A stretch of 64,000 nt of DNA from Planctomycetota bacterium (GTDB taxonomy: Bacteria > Planctomycetota > PLA2 > JAEUHO01). The stretch is taken from the NCBI GenBank assembly GCA_965223505.1, contig CBDCWP010000005.1:1-64000 (forward strand), written 5' to 3'. Numbering within the stretch: position 1 is the stretch's first letter; every line of letters starts with the position of its first letter. A model generated the notes under the pieces. It made no database searches. It saw nothing but the letters and a program-made list of their open reading frames with translations, and had not been told where the DNA came from. Positions 38,518-48,689 of the stretch are shown one piece after another. The position numbers and the translations under genes were made by a program.

Positions 38518-41500
38518 CTACTTGGCGGTCACGTCGATGACGGTCTCGCCGGTTCCGTCGAGCTCGACCTCTTCGTCGTAGATCGGCTCCTGGTTGTTCA
38601 CGAACCCTTGCCCGAACACGCGCACCGTCACCTTGAACCGGCCGGCGCCGAGGCCCTTGACGACGAGGTCCTTGCCGTCCGCCATCTGGAGCCACATCGA
38701 TCGCTGGTACTTGGGCTCACCCTGGTGATGCACCTGCACCCACGTCTGCGGCTTGGTGTCGCTCTGCGTTGCGACACGCACGCGGATCGTCGCGCCCACG
38801 GGCTGCTGCAGCATGCCGAGGTCGGTGACGCCTTCGCCGACGGTGACGTTCTTCTTGATGATCGGCGCCTTCTGATACGCCTCGATCCACAGCGTGTACT
38901 TGCCCGGCGGGAGCCCGCCGAGCCGCCACGTCGTCCCCTTGAGCGTCGGATTGATGCTCTTGACGGTCTTCTCGAGCGTCCCGCCCTCGAAGACGACGAC
39001 GCGCACTTGCCCGCCGCCCCCCGGCATCGGCATCGAGGGCACCGGGATCGCGCCCGACGTGCTGCTCGGATCCTTCGGCTCCGGCGTGTCGGGGTGTTTG
39101 AAGTGGATCTCGCTGCCCGCGACCATCGTGATGGTGATCGGACCGCCGCCGGCGACGACCGCGATGTTCGTGTTGCCGCCGGCGACGCCGAGCACCGGAT
39201 GGCGAACCATCAACATCACCTCTTGGCCGGCGACGCCGCGGATCTTGAAGTTGCCCTTCTGATCCGGACGGCGTCCCGCCCACTGATTCGCCGGATCGTC
39301 CTGGCCTTGCACCAGGATGCGCGTCTGCTGCGCCGACTCGCCCTCGGGCACCTCCACCTTGCCCTCGATCCAAACGGAGGTCGTCAGATCGAGCATGATC
39401 TCCGACGGCGGGCCCCCGAGCGTCACCTCGACGGAGTTGCTCTCGATGCGCGACGTGGCGTCGCGAGCGCGGTACGTCCCCGCCTTCAGGCCTTCGAACT
39501 TCTGTGAGCCGTCGTCGGCTCGCCCGCCCGCCCGATTGCCGCTCATCGGGTTGAACCCGCTGTTCCCCCCTGAGTGGTCCCACTTCTGGGTCTCGTCGTT
39601 CCACTTCTGCAGCTGCAGGTTGTACGAGCCGTCGGAAGGCTTCTCGACGTACACGATGACCGTGCCTGCTGCGGGCATCTCGACCTTGACGGTCTGCTCG
39701 GCCTGGCCCTTGCCGGGCACGATCTCGGCTTTGCCCTGCAGATAGCCCTGCGCGTTCACGATGACCGGGACCGGCTTCTCGGACTCGATCTGCTGCTCGC
39801 TCCAGCGATGTGCCACGCGCAGCTCGCCGGCGTCGGGGTCCTCGGTGATCTCGTTGACGTTCTTCCACGCGCCGCCGATGGTCACGTTGAACTGGGGCGG
39901 AAGACGGTCTTCGCCGTCGATGTTGATGCGGATGACGATCGGCGCCTCCGGCTCCATGTCGATCTCGTAGAGGTCCTTGCCCTCTTCGATCTTGAAGTTG
40001 CCGATCATGGCGCCGCCCCACGCCTGGTGCGGCGGCAGCATGTAGACCTGAACCTGGATCCCGTCCTGGACATCGACCTCGACCTTGCCTTCCGGGTCGG
40101 TGGTCATCGGCTCCATCGTTTGCATCGCCATCGAACCCTGAAGGCGAATGCGCGCGTCGGCGACCGGCCCGGCGCCCTTCTCCTTGATGGCGATCGTGAC
40201 CTTGCGACTGGCGGCGAACGAGACCGGGTTGCCCTTCTCGGCGCCCGCCTGACACCAGAAGGCCGCCTCGGCGTTCTCGGCGACGACGCGCCCGTTCATC
40301 CAGCTGTCCGGCAGCCCCTCGATGACGAGCTCCCCGTCCTTCATGTACGCCTTCATCTCCTTGCTGGCGAAGTTACGCATCCAGAACTGGAGCTCCACGC
40401 GCAGCTCGGTTCCGTCCGGCGGCGGATCGACCTTGGCGTTGTCGGCGATCGGGAACGTGACGGTGCGGAACTTACCGAGCTTGATCGTCCCCTCCGTGTC
40501 GTCGGCCTTGACGGAGTTGGACGGGGTTCCGCCCCATGGGTTCGGCTTGGGATAGCCCTGAGCCTCCGCAACGAACCGGTAGGTCTTCTTGGGCGTCAGG
40601 CCGGTGACGCGGGTCTTGCCTTCCTCGTTCGTGGGTTCGACCTCGAGCGGCGGCAGCATGCCGGACGCGTTGATGTTTCCGAAGTTGCCCTGCACGGAGA
40701 CCTTGGCGCCGGGAATGGGCTCCTCGGTCTCCTTGTCGACGACCGTGAGCTCGATGATGCGCTCCTCCGGCAGCTCGACCTTGAATACGTCTTTGGACGT
40801 GCGCGGGAGCGTCACCATCTTCTGACCGCGGCCGTAGCCTTTCGCCGCGCACAGGGCCGTCACGTTGCCCTCGGGAAGCAACGACGCTTCGAACACGCCG
40901 GCTTCGTTGGTCTTGCCTTCGGCGACGGGCGTCATCTGTCCCCAGACCGTCGACGTCACGACGACGTCCGCGTTCGGAACAGGCGCCTCCTGATGCACGA
41001 CGTGAACCGCGAGCTTGTGCGCGGTCCCCAGGATGATCGGGTTGACGACGACGACCTCCCCCGATTGCTGGGAAAGCCACATGCCGCTCACGCCGGTCAG
41101 CGGACCGGGTGCGTTGGCGCGCACGAGCCCCATCGCCCAGCCCGTCTCGGGCGCGTCACCCGCGTAGAACTGGTACTCACCGTTCGCGTCCGTCTTCGTC
41201 GCGATCTTGTCGCGATCCTTGAAGCGCGCCACCACCTCGGCATCCGCGACGGGTCTGCGGCGGTCGTCGAGGACGCGCCCCTTGACGAGAATCCCGCCCA
41301 GCTCGTCGGGTCCGACGAGCCCCTCGGGGAGCTCGGCGGCCTTCGCGGCGGCGGCTTCTTCGGCGGCGCGGCGGCGGGCGGCTTCCTCGTCGCCCTTGAG
41401 CAGCGCGCGCGACGCCTCGTCGTCGTAGTCGTCTTCGTAGCCGGCGCCGTCGTACCCGTCGTCGGTTCCTGTGAGCATCTCGCCGAAGAGCAGCCACATC

Positions 41501-41547
41501 AGCCCCAGCACTACGACGGCAACCGCGCCGACTACCAGTACGCGCAT
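38518..41547 (-). CDS. Large membrane-anchored carboxypeptidase-regulatory-like repeat protein
   Basis: N-terminal TM; repeated GRVLD..PVADAEV and TDANGEY; GLPPGKY. Confidence 0.75.
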   Translation of the reverse strand: MRVLVVGAVAVVVLGLMWLLFGEMLTGTDDGYDGAGYEDDYDDEASRALLKGDEEAARRRAAEEAAAAKAAELPEGLVGPDELGGILVKGRVLDDRRRPVADAEVVARFKDRDKIATKTDANGEYQFYAGDAPETGWAMGLVRANAPGPLTGVSGMWLSQQSGEVVVVNPIILGTAHKLAVHVVHQEAPVPNADVVVTSTVWGQMTPVAEGKTNEAGVFEASLLPEGNVTALCAAKGYGRGQKMVTLPRTSKDVFKVELPEERIIELTVVDKETEEPIPGAKVSVQGNFGNINASGMLPPLEVEPTNEEGKTRVTGLTPKKTYRFVAEAQGYPKPNPWGGTPSNSVKADDTEGTIKLGKFRTVTFPIADNAKVDPPPDGTELRVELQFWMRNFASKEMKAYMKDGELVIEGLPDSWMNGRVVAENAEAAFWCQAGAEKGNPVSFAASRKVTIAIKEKGAGPVADARIRLQGSMAMQTMEPMTTDPEGKVEVDVQDGIQVQVYMLPPHQAWGGAMIGNFKIEEGKDLYEIDMEPEAPIVIRINIDGEDRLPPQFNVTIGGAWKNVNEITEDPDAGELRVAHRWSEQQIESEKPVPVIVNAQGYLQGKAEIVPGKGQAEQTVKVEMPAAGTVIVYVEKPSDGSYNLQLQKWNDETQKWDHSGGNSGFNPMSGNRAGGRADDGSQKFEGLKAGTYRARDATSRIESNSVEVTLGGPPSEIMLDLTTSVWIEGKVEVPEGESAQQTRILVQGQDDPANQWAGRRPDQKGNFKIRGVAGQEVMLMVRHPVLGVAGGNTNIAVVAGGGPITITMVAGSEIHFKHPDTPEPKDPSSTSGAIPVPSMPMPGGGGQVRVVVFEGGTLEKTVKSINPTLKGTTWRLGGLPPGKYTLWIEAYQKAPIIKKNVTVGEGVTDLGMLQQPVGATIRVRVATQSDTKPQTWVQVHHQGEPKYQRSMWLQMADGKDLVVKGLGAGRFKVTVRVFGQGFVNNQEPIYDEEVELDGTGETVIDVTAK

Positions 41548-41731
41548 CTCGTGGCCCTCCCAAGCACACCGGACATCCGCGCGCCCATCGTAGGCCGAAC
41601 CGCGGGGCTGTGGTCACGCCCCGGGGTGTTGTTTGGACGCCTCGCAGGTGCGGCTCCAGGCTCAATTTGGTACCACCTGGGATCGAGGCCGCGCGTTCCG
41701 GATCGAGCGGCAAACACGACGGAGGTGCCCG

Positions 41732-43051
41732 ATGGCGTTCAAGCTTCGCTTCACATGGCTCGTGTTGCTGGCGGCACTTTGGATGGCGGCGCCGAGCCTC
41801 GCCGAGGAGGAGGGGACCGAGCCCGTTGCGGCCGATCCGAAGGCCGCGCCGGAGGCGGAGTCGAAGGAGCAGATCGAGGCCCGGTCCGCCTTCACCTGGC
41901 TCAAGGCCGCGGAAGAGTTCCGAACGAAGATCGCGCAGAGCGGCCGCGTCCTGATGGAGGCCGCGCGCGAAGGCAAGGGCTTCGACCCGCAGAAGCGTCA
42001 GGACTGGATCGACGCTTCGAGCAAGCTGCGTCAGGTCACCGGGCCGGTCGTGAAGAAGGCGCAGGAGGCATTCCGGGCCGCGTTCGCGAAGACCGCCTGG
42101 GACGCCTGGGACGCGGAGAAGGACGCCGAGATCCTGGAGCGCGGGCTGGACGCCACCGCGCGCCACGAGCTGGAGCACGACCCGGCCAAGGCGGTCGCGG
42201 CTTTGGAGCACTTGCTCGAGCACTGCCCTGACGCGCGCGCGGCGTCCTACGCCAAGTCGACCTGGCTGCCGATCGCGCTCTCTTCGACCGGCGACTTCGA
42301 GCACGCCCGCAAGCGGATGCAGGAGCTGCACGACGAGGCGGACGAGAAGGACCAGCCGGGCATGCTGATGAACATCGGCGACGCGTACGCGATGGAGGGC
42401 AAGTACCAGGAAGCGCTCGACACGTACGCGAAGGCGAAGGCGGCCATTCCCGCGGAGATCACGGACCGCCGCGACCCGCGGGGACGCGTGGCGCGCTACC
42501 TCGACCTACGCACCGGTCTGCTGGGCAAGCCGGCGCCGGCGCTGGGCGACGGCACGTGGCTGGGCGCGGAGCGGAAGACGTTGGCTTCGCTGAAGGGTCA
42601 GGTCGTCCTGCTCGACTTCTGGGCGACGTGGTGCGGGCCGTGCCTGCGCGGCATGCCCGGGCTGCAGAAGATGCACGAGCACCTGGGCGCTACGGGCCTG
42701 AACGTGATCGGTGTGACACGCGAGTACAAGAAGCGCGGCGTGCTGCCGGAGGTCGAAGCGAAGGACGGCAAGCCGGCCTTGCCGCGCGAGCTCTACAAGG
42801 GCGAGACGATGGAGGCGTACATCGAACACCTGAGCGCGTTCCGCACGCGCCAGGAGATCACGTATCCGTTCGCCGTGGTCGCGGGCGACGTGATCAGCAA
42901 GCAGTACCTCGTGACGGGCATTCCCACGATGGTCGTGATCGACCCGGACGGGACGGTCGGGTTCATCGCGGTCGGCGGCGCGCGCGAGAAGATGTTGGAG
43001 GTCGCCATCGCGCGGCGGCTGAACACCCTGAAGAGCGCCGGCTCGGACTAG
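41732..43051 (+). CDS. Secreted TPR + TlpA thiol-disulfide oxidoreductase
   Basis: GGAGG RBS; signal peptide; GQVVLLDFWATWCGPC; GIPTMVVID. Confidence 0.9.
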   Translation: MAFKLRFTWLVLLAALWMAAPSLAEEEGTEPVAADPKAAPEAESKEQIEARSAFTWLKAAEEFRTKIAQSGRVLMEAAREGKGFDPQKRQDWIDASSKLRQVTGPVVKKAQEAFRAAFAKTAWDAWDAEKDAEILERGLDATARHELEHDPAKAVAALEHLLEHCPDARAASYAKSTWLPIALSSTGDFEHARKRMQELHDEADEKDQPGMLMNIGDAYAMEGKYQEALDTYAKAKAAIPAEITDRRDPRGRVARYLDLRTGLLGKPAPALGDGTWLGAERKTLASLKGQVVLLDFWATWCGPCLRGMPGLQKMHEHLGATGLNVIGVTREYKKRGVLPEVEAKDGKPALPRELYKGETMEAYIEHLSAFRTRQEITYPFAVVAGDVISKQYLVTGIPTMVVIDPDGTVGFIAVGGAREKMLEVAIARRLNTLKSAGSD

Positions 43052-43229
43052 GCTCTGTTTCGAAACTGCCGCTGCTGCGCCCGGCGATCCTCTTGCTGCG
43101 CCCCGCCCGAACTCGGAACCTCGTCCTCGACGGGCACAGAGCCCGCCTGCGGCGAGAACCGCTCGTTCAGACTCGGGCTCGCATCGGTCTCCCCGGGCTC
43201 GCGACGCGGCATTTCGAAACAGAGCCTAG
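43048..43229. mobile_element. MITE-like element with terminal inverted repeats and CTAG flanks
   Basis: CTAGGCTCTGTTTCGAAA(C)TGCCGC ... GCGGCATTTCGAAACAGAGCCTAG: 18-bp perfect inverted repeat including CTAG; no transposase. Confidence 0.7.
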
Positions 43230-43314
43230 GCTCGAAGTCCCGGTTCCGGCCGGCGCGGCCGTGATCCGCCAACAACTCGGCGCCCGGCTGCGTCTGGATG
43301 GTGGAGGTCCCGAA

Positions 43315-44394
43315 ATGCGCACTGTCGTCATGTTGTTCGCCGCGTCGTTGCTGGCGCCCACCGTCGCGCTCGCCGAGGAGAGCTGCCTCTCCAAGGACAA
43401 GACCGGGATGGCCTGGGTGCACCCTTTCACGTCCGCGCTGGAGAAGGCCAAGAACGACAATCGCATCCTCCTCATCAAGCCGGTCGCCTTCGGCACCAGC
43501 CAAGACGGCGGGTGGTGACCCGCCGCCGAAGTCCTGAGAGCGGGTCCGTTCTCCGACGAGCGCATCATCCGGCTGGCCAACCGGCGCTTCGTGCCCTTCT
43601 TCTTCGATCTCTCCAACCGCGGCGCCGCCGGTGACCCGCAAGCGCGCGCGTTCCTCGTCAAGGCCAAGCCCCAGTTCGGCAAGGGCATGGTGCCGACGCC
43701 GCCCGTCTTCTTCATGAACGCGCAAGGCAAAGTGCTGGGCGAGATCAGCAACTACGCCAAGCCGGACGACGTGCTGAAGACGATGCTCCACGTCCTCGCG
43801 ATCAACCCGGCGTACGCGAAGCCGAGCGACGCCGAGAAGGCGATCAAGGATCCGATCGAGCTCGCCAACCTGCGCATCGATCTCCAGGACTACGCCGGTG
43901 CCCAGAGCGCCATCGCACACGAGAAGTCCGAAGACGCGGCGTACCTGCGGGGCCGCATCGCGCGCTTCCAGAAGGACTGGAAGACGATGGAGACCAACCT
44001 CGCCCCGCTGAAGAAGAGCGAGAAGTACGGCGCCGACGTGCGCATGGAAACGGCGTACAAGCTCTGGTTCGCGTCCGACTTCGAGGGCCTGCGCAAGCAC
44101 CTCGAAGGGTTCCCCGAGGACAGCAACCGCTACACGGAGGCGCGCTACTACGAAGGCCTCGCCGCCTTCCACCTGAAGGACAAGGAAGCGGCGATGAAGA
44201 TCTGGTCCTCGACGATCAGGGCGTGCGCGCAGGACCCGTGGATCTACCGCGCGGACTGGGCGTACACCCAGTCCAAGAAGGGCGGAAGCGGCCGCGGCGG
44301 TTTCTCGAGCGCCGGCCCGCGCGACTCGTTGCTCAACCGCATCGGCTACATGGGCAACCCGAACCCGGATCTGAAGGGCCCGAGCTCGTCCTAG
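43315..44394 (+). CDS. Secreted thioredoxin-fold + TPR selenoprotein (Sec at TGA 43516-43518)
   Basis: GGAGG RBS, signal peptide; readthrough gives ALEKAKNDNRILLIK...GGW-U-PAAEVLRAGPFSDERIIRLANRRFVPFFFD, in frame with ORF 43591-44394. Confidence 0.8.
43531..43557 (+). promoter_or_regulatory. Putative bacterial SECIS hairpin
   Basis: GAGAGCG-GGTC-CGTTCTC (43536-43553), extended by GTC/GAC; loop starts 25 nt after the UGA. Confidence 0.7.
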
Positions 44395-44870
44395 CCCTTC
44401 CGATAGAGGCGACGCCCGACGGCGATCTGCGCGGCATGCCAGACGTCGTGCCGGATGGCCATCGCCAGGAACTCGTCCATCGGCATCGAGTTTCCCGCGA
44501 GCAATGACAGCTCATCCGGTCGTACCTCGGCGATCGCTGCCCGCTGCTCGAGATGGGCCGCCTCGAGCTCGGCCAAGTACGCGGCGAACGAGTCTCGCGG
44601 CGTGAAGGGACCGGACTCAGGACGCTCGACGCTTCGGCCGCGCTCGCAAATCAGGAGCGTGTAGTACCGCTTGCAGTGCGCGACGTGCGCGACCTGCCAG
44701 GCGATCGAGCCGGGCGGTGGCCAGCCTTCCTCGCGCTCGTCGTCCGCGTAGCACGCCGCCTGGAAGAACGCCTCCTCCTCGGTGACGTCGCGGGTCGCTT
44801 CCGTGAGCGACTCCCACTTGTGCGCCCAGCCGTCGTCGAGCTGTCTCAAGAAGGCCTCGACCGCGCTCAT
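44391..44870 (-). CDS. DinB/YfiT-family protein
   Basis: SIAWQVAHVAH ... IRHDVWHAAQI metal-binding histidines. Confidence 0.8.
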   Translation of the reverse strand: MSAVEAFLRQLDDGWAHKWESLTEATRDVTEEEAFFQAACYADDEREEGWPPPGSIAWQVAHVAHCKRYYTLLICERGRSVERPESGPFTPRDSFAAYLAELEAAHLEQRAAIAEVRPDELSLLAGNSMPMDEFLAMAIRHDVWHAAQIAVGRRLYRKG

Positions 44871-44879
44871 GGTGCGCTC

Positions 44880-47800
44880 CTACTCGCGCTTCTCGTACTG
44901 GAGCAGAACACCGGTGCTGCCGGCCGCGACCGCGGCGGGCGGCTCCGCCACGTTGCCACCGCGTACGCTCGCACGAATCTGGTAGTCCCCGGGCGGCAGG
45001 CCCGGAATGCGAAACGAGCCGTCCTTCGACACCGTTCCGTCCGCGCGGGCGGAGCCGGTACGGGCGCTGACACTACCCCGGCCGCCGCTCGGGAAGCCCT
45101 CGATGCGGCCCTCGATTGCGAGTCCCGTCTTCAGCACGAGCTTGAACGGACCTTCGGAGGGGCGTACGGCTTCCACCAGCGCGTAGCGATCGTCTGCCGC
45201 GCTCTGCGCGAAGAGCGTGCCGGGCTCGTCGTCGCCGAGCTCCATCTCGAAGTGGCCCGTGCCGTCGACCCCCGTGCCCCGACTCGCTCCCGGCTTCATG
45301 AACGTGACGGAGAATCCGGACACGTTCTTCCCGGTGACGACGCCCGTCAGCTTGAACGTCTTCGGGGCGCGCAGCACGAGGTCGTCGGTCGGCGCGTCGA
45401 CGAGAACGCGCTGGGGCTCGCCCGCTCGCGATGAGCGCATCGGTCGCACCGTCACCGTGTAGCGCCCCGCACGCAGCGGCCCCAAGCGGAACTCCCCCGG
45501 GGCCTGATGCACCCACGTGCTGAACGTGCCTGTCACGCCGTCGACCCCTTTGGCTTCGATGCTCACGTTCCAGGTCGGGTTGCCTTCGGTGTCGAGCACG
45601 CGGCCTTCGATGTAGACGCCTTTCACGAGTGTCACACCGACATCGGTCGCGCCCGTCGCGACCTCGGGCAGGGTCTCGGTGACGTACCCGGCGCCGGAAC
45701 GAGGCTGGAAGCTCACGCTCAGCGAAACCGTCACGTCCGAGGGCAAGCCGGGCAGCCGGAAGCGACCGTCGGGCTCACACTGCGTGTTCCAGTTGGTGCG
45801 CGGAACTTGCTTCTCGCGCAGCGCTTCCCGCGCGGCCCTCGTGAGCCGCGCGCTCACCGTCGCCCGAAGTCCGTTGCCGCCCTCGTCCGTCACGCGCCCT
45901 TCGATGGCGGCGCCGCGCTGCACCACGAACAACACGTCGGTTGCGCCGGCCTTCACCGTCTGCTTGGGCGGCGCGGTCCACTCGCCCGCGGCATGCACCT
46001 GGAGCTCCACGTCCGAGTCGTCGAGGCCCGGAAACGTGAACGCGCCGTCCTCGGTGGTCGTCACCACTCGCTCGTACCAACGCTCGCCCGACGCCGGCGT
46101 TGCGCGCGCCGATACCGCCAGTCCCGAGACGCCCGTCCCGTTCGCGCTCGTTACGCGTCCCGACACCGTCGTACCGGTTTCGAGCCGGACCTCGACCGCT
46201 CCCGACCGATCGATCTCGAGCGCCGTGACCGGCCTGAGGTTCAAGGGCCGACCCGCCGCGTCGCGCGGATCCCGGATCTCGAGCCTCAGCGTCCCCTTGT
46301 CGGGCACCTCGATGGCAAAACGGCCGTTGGCAACCTGGCCGCCGAAGCCCTGGCGACTGTTGTTGTGCTCGGCGTAGACGGTCACGTTCGCCGAGCCGAT
46401 GGGCGTACCGCTCTGATCGAGGATCTGCCCCGTGACGGTCACTCGCTTCGGCGCTTCGTAGACGATGCGCAGGTTCGTGGCGCCGGGATCGTACGTGCCG
46501 ACGGGCTCGGTGCCGTTCCCGATTCTCAGGCTCTTCCGCCCCTCGGTCAGCCCCACGATCTCGAAGCGGCCGTCGAAATTCGTCCGTCCGGTCCAGAAGC
46601 CGATGACGCTGCGATCGAGGTTCTGCAGCACGATGTTCACGTTCGGGACCGGCTCGCCGGCCGGATCGACCACGACACCCGCGAGCCTGAGGGCCGCGTC
46701 CGTGGTGAGCACGAAGTCGTCGCGCAGCTCGCCCCACCCGAGCTCGACGGTCTCCTGCTTCTGCCGGGGATTCATGTTGCCGTAGGCGCCGCTCTGAAAG
46801 AGCCCGTAGGTCCCCGCGGCGAGGCCGTCGAACCGGAACGCGCCGCTTGTGTCGCTGATCGCCCACACGCTCCGGCCGCCTTCGGGCCGCAGTGTGACGT
46901 TCGCATTCGCAATCGGCTCGCCGTCGGTCGTCTCGACCCTGCCGGCCAAGGCGGATGTTCGATACAACACCAGATGGAGCACGTTCTCGCCGGACGGCGT
47001 CAGCCGGAACCCCGTGGACGCGCTACGGCGACCGCCCTGACGGGCGGTGACGGTCCAATCGACACCGGGGAACAGTGCCGGCAACACGAAGACGCCGTCC
47101 GCGTCGGTTTGCACGACGTGCGGATCCGCCATCAGGCCGACGTACGGCATGGTCGTCACCACCGCCTCGACGAGCGCCTCGGGAACGGCGCGGCCGGCAT
47201 CGTCCGATACGGTGCCGCGCAGGGGCGTACCCGCTCGAACCACGATGTCGCGCGTCACCGTAGCGCCCTCCGGCTCGAGCTCGACGGGCACGCTGCTCTC
47301 GAGCCGTCGCCCGAAGCGCCCGCCCAGCTCCGGAAGCGGCTGGAAGTGATCGGCACAAAGCGCGTGCAGATAGCCACGGCCGGGTGAAACCTCGTTCAAG
47401 ACGAACGAACCGTCGTCGGACGACGTCGCTTCGGCGCGCTGACTCTGAACGTGGTGGTGCCCGGATCCGGGGTCGCTCACCCAAATGACGCGCGCGGCGG
47501 CGACGCCGGCGCCGTCCTCGTCTAGCACGCGTCCTCGGATGGTCCCGCCCTTGACCAGCGTCGCGTCGATCCCCGCGGCCGAACCGCCCGGCATCGGGAC
47601 GTTGATGCCGTTCTGACCCCAAGGGATGTAGCCGTCGGCGACGACCGCGATGCCTTGCACGCGGCCGGCGAACATGTTCTCGACGCGGTAGCGGCCCGCG
47701 CCGTCGGTCGTAGCCTGGCGCATCATCGCGCGCGTCCAGGATTGCAGCGGCGCATCGGTCGTGGTGACGGCGACGCGCGCTCCCGCGACCGGCTCCCCCA

Positions 47801-48617
47801 CCATGTCGCGAATCACACCGGTGACGCTTCCGGTTCCCGCAATGCGAATCACGACCTCTTCGTCGCTGGGCGACCGCACGGGAATGTCACTGATGCGCAG
47901 GACGCCGGGCACGACGACCGTGAGCTTGAGCTCTCCTGCGGGCGCGTCGTGGATCTGAAACGTACCGTCGGCCGCGGTCGCCGTGCGCGAGAGCTGCCAG
48001 TTTCCGGTGACCACCGGCATGCGGTTGTCGGTCTGGTGAAAACCGGTGAGCCACGCGACCACGCCCTTGCCGTTGGCGTCGACGACCCTGCCGTTCAGTC
48101 GCGCGCCCTCGCGCGCCACCAGGCGCACGATTTGGGCCTCGAACGAGGCGACCGCGATGGTCCTCGTCACGCCGAGCGGGCGCGGCGGGCTCGCGACGAC
48201 TGCGTACGAACGGTGGTTGATCAGCCGATCGAGCATGAACCGGCCCTCGGCGTCGGTGGTCGCGTTCGCGACGACCGCGCCCTCCGGCCTCGGGACGGCA
48301 AGCGCCGTCTCGACCTGATTGCGCACCCAGTCGTAGTGCTTGGGTCCTTTCGGAACCACGATGGCGGCGATCGGAACGCGGGGCAACGGCCGGCCGGCCG
48401 CGTCGACGACGACCCCGCGGATGTGGGCCGACCGTGCGACGGACCCGGCCGTGTTCTCCTTGATGAGGCGCTCGCGTCCCTTCAGCTCTGCAGGGATCTC
48501 CTCGTCGCGGATGTCCTCTGCGATGCGCGTTTCGTCGTCGAACGGATCGAAGACGAAGAACGCCAATACGACGCCGACAGCCAGCAAGACGACCAGACCG
48601 ATGACGAAGCGACCCAT
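44880..48617 (-). CDS. Large membrane-anchored carboxypeptidase-regulatory-like repeat protein
   Basis: N-terminal TM; ~12 repeats of the form GRVxDxxGxxVxxAxV...TDxxGxF. Confidence 0.8.
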   Translation of the reverse strand: MGRFVIGLVVLLAVGVVLAFFVFDPFDDETRIAEDIRDEEIPAELKGRERLIKENTAGSVARSAHIRGVVVDAAGRPLPRVPIAAIVVPKGPKHYDWVRNQVETALAVPRPEGAVVANATTDAEGRFMLDRLINHRSYAVVASPPRPLGVTRTIAVASFEAQIVRLVAREGARLNGRVVDANGKGVVAWLTGFHQTDNRMPVVTGNWQLSRTATAADGTFQIHDAPAGELKLTVVVPGVLRISDIPVRSPSDEEVVIRIAGTGSVTGVIRDMVGEPVAGARVAVTTTDAPLQSWTRAMMRQATTDGAGRYRVENMFAGRVQGIAVVADGYIPWGQNGINVPMPGGSAAGIDATLVKGGTIRGRVLDEDGAGVAAARVIWVSDPGSGHHHVQSQRAEATSSDDGSFVLNEVSPGRGYLHALCADHFQPLPELGGRFGRRLESSVPVELEPEGATVTRDIVVRAGTPLRGTVSDDAGRAVPEALVEAVVTTMPYVGLMADPHVVQTDADGVFVLPALFPGVDWTVTARQGGRRSASTGFRLTPSGENVLHLVLYRTSALAGRVETTDGEPIANANVTLRPEGGRSVWAISDTSGAFRFDGLAAGTYGLFQSGAYGNMNPRQKQETVELGWGELRDDFVLTTDAALRLAGVVVDPAGEPVPNVNIVLQNLDRSVIGFWTGRTNFDGRFEIVGLTEGRKSLRIGNGTEPVGTYDPGATNLRIVYEAPKRVTVTGQILDQSGTPIGSANVTVYAEHNNSRQGFGGQVANGRFAIEVPDKGTLRLEIRDPRDAAGRPLNLRPVTALEIDRSGAVEVRLETGTTVSGRVTSANGTGVSGLAVSARATPASGERWYERVVTTTEDGAFTFPGLDDSDVELQVHAAGEWTAPPKQTVKAGATDVLFVVQRGAAIEGRVTDEGGNGLRATVSARLTRAAREALREKQVPRTNWNTQCEPDGRFRLPGLPSDVTVSLSVSFQPRSGAGYVTETLPEVATGATDVGVTLVKGVYIEGRVLDTEGNPTWNVSIEAKGVDGVTGTFSTWVHQAPGEFRLGPLRAGRYTVTVRPMRSSRAGEPQRVLVDAPTDDLVLRAPKTFKLTGVVTGKNVSGFSVTFMKPGASRGTGVDGTGHFEMELGDDEPGTLFAQSAADDRYALVEAVRPSEGPFKLVLKTGLAIEGRIEGFPSGGRGSVSARTGSARADGTVSKDGSFRIPGLPPGDYQIRASVRGGNVAEPPAAVAAGSTGVLLQYEKRE

Positions 48618-48689
48618 CTTGTCTCCCGCGACCTGCCGTCATCGTACCGTCGCCCGCGGGACCGTCGCTTGCGGGCGCGGTCGAACGAC

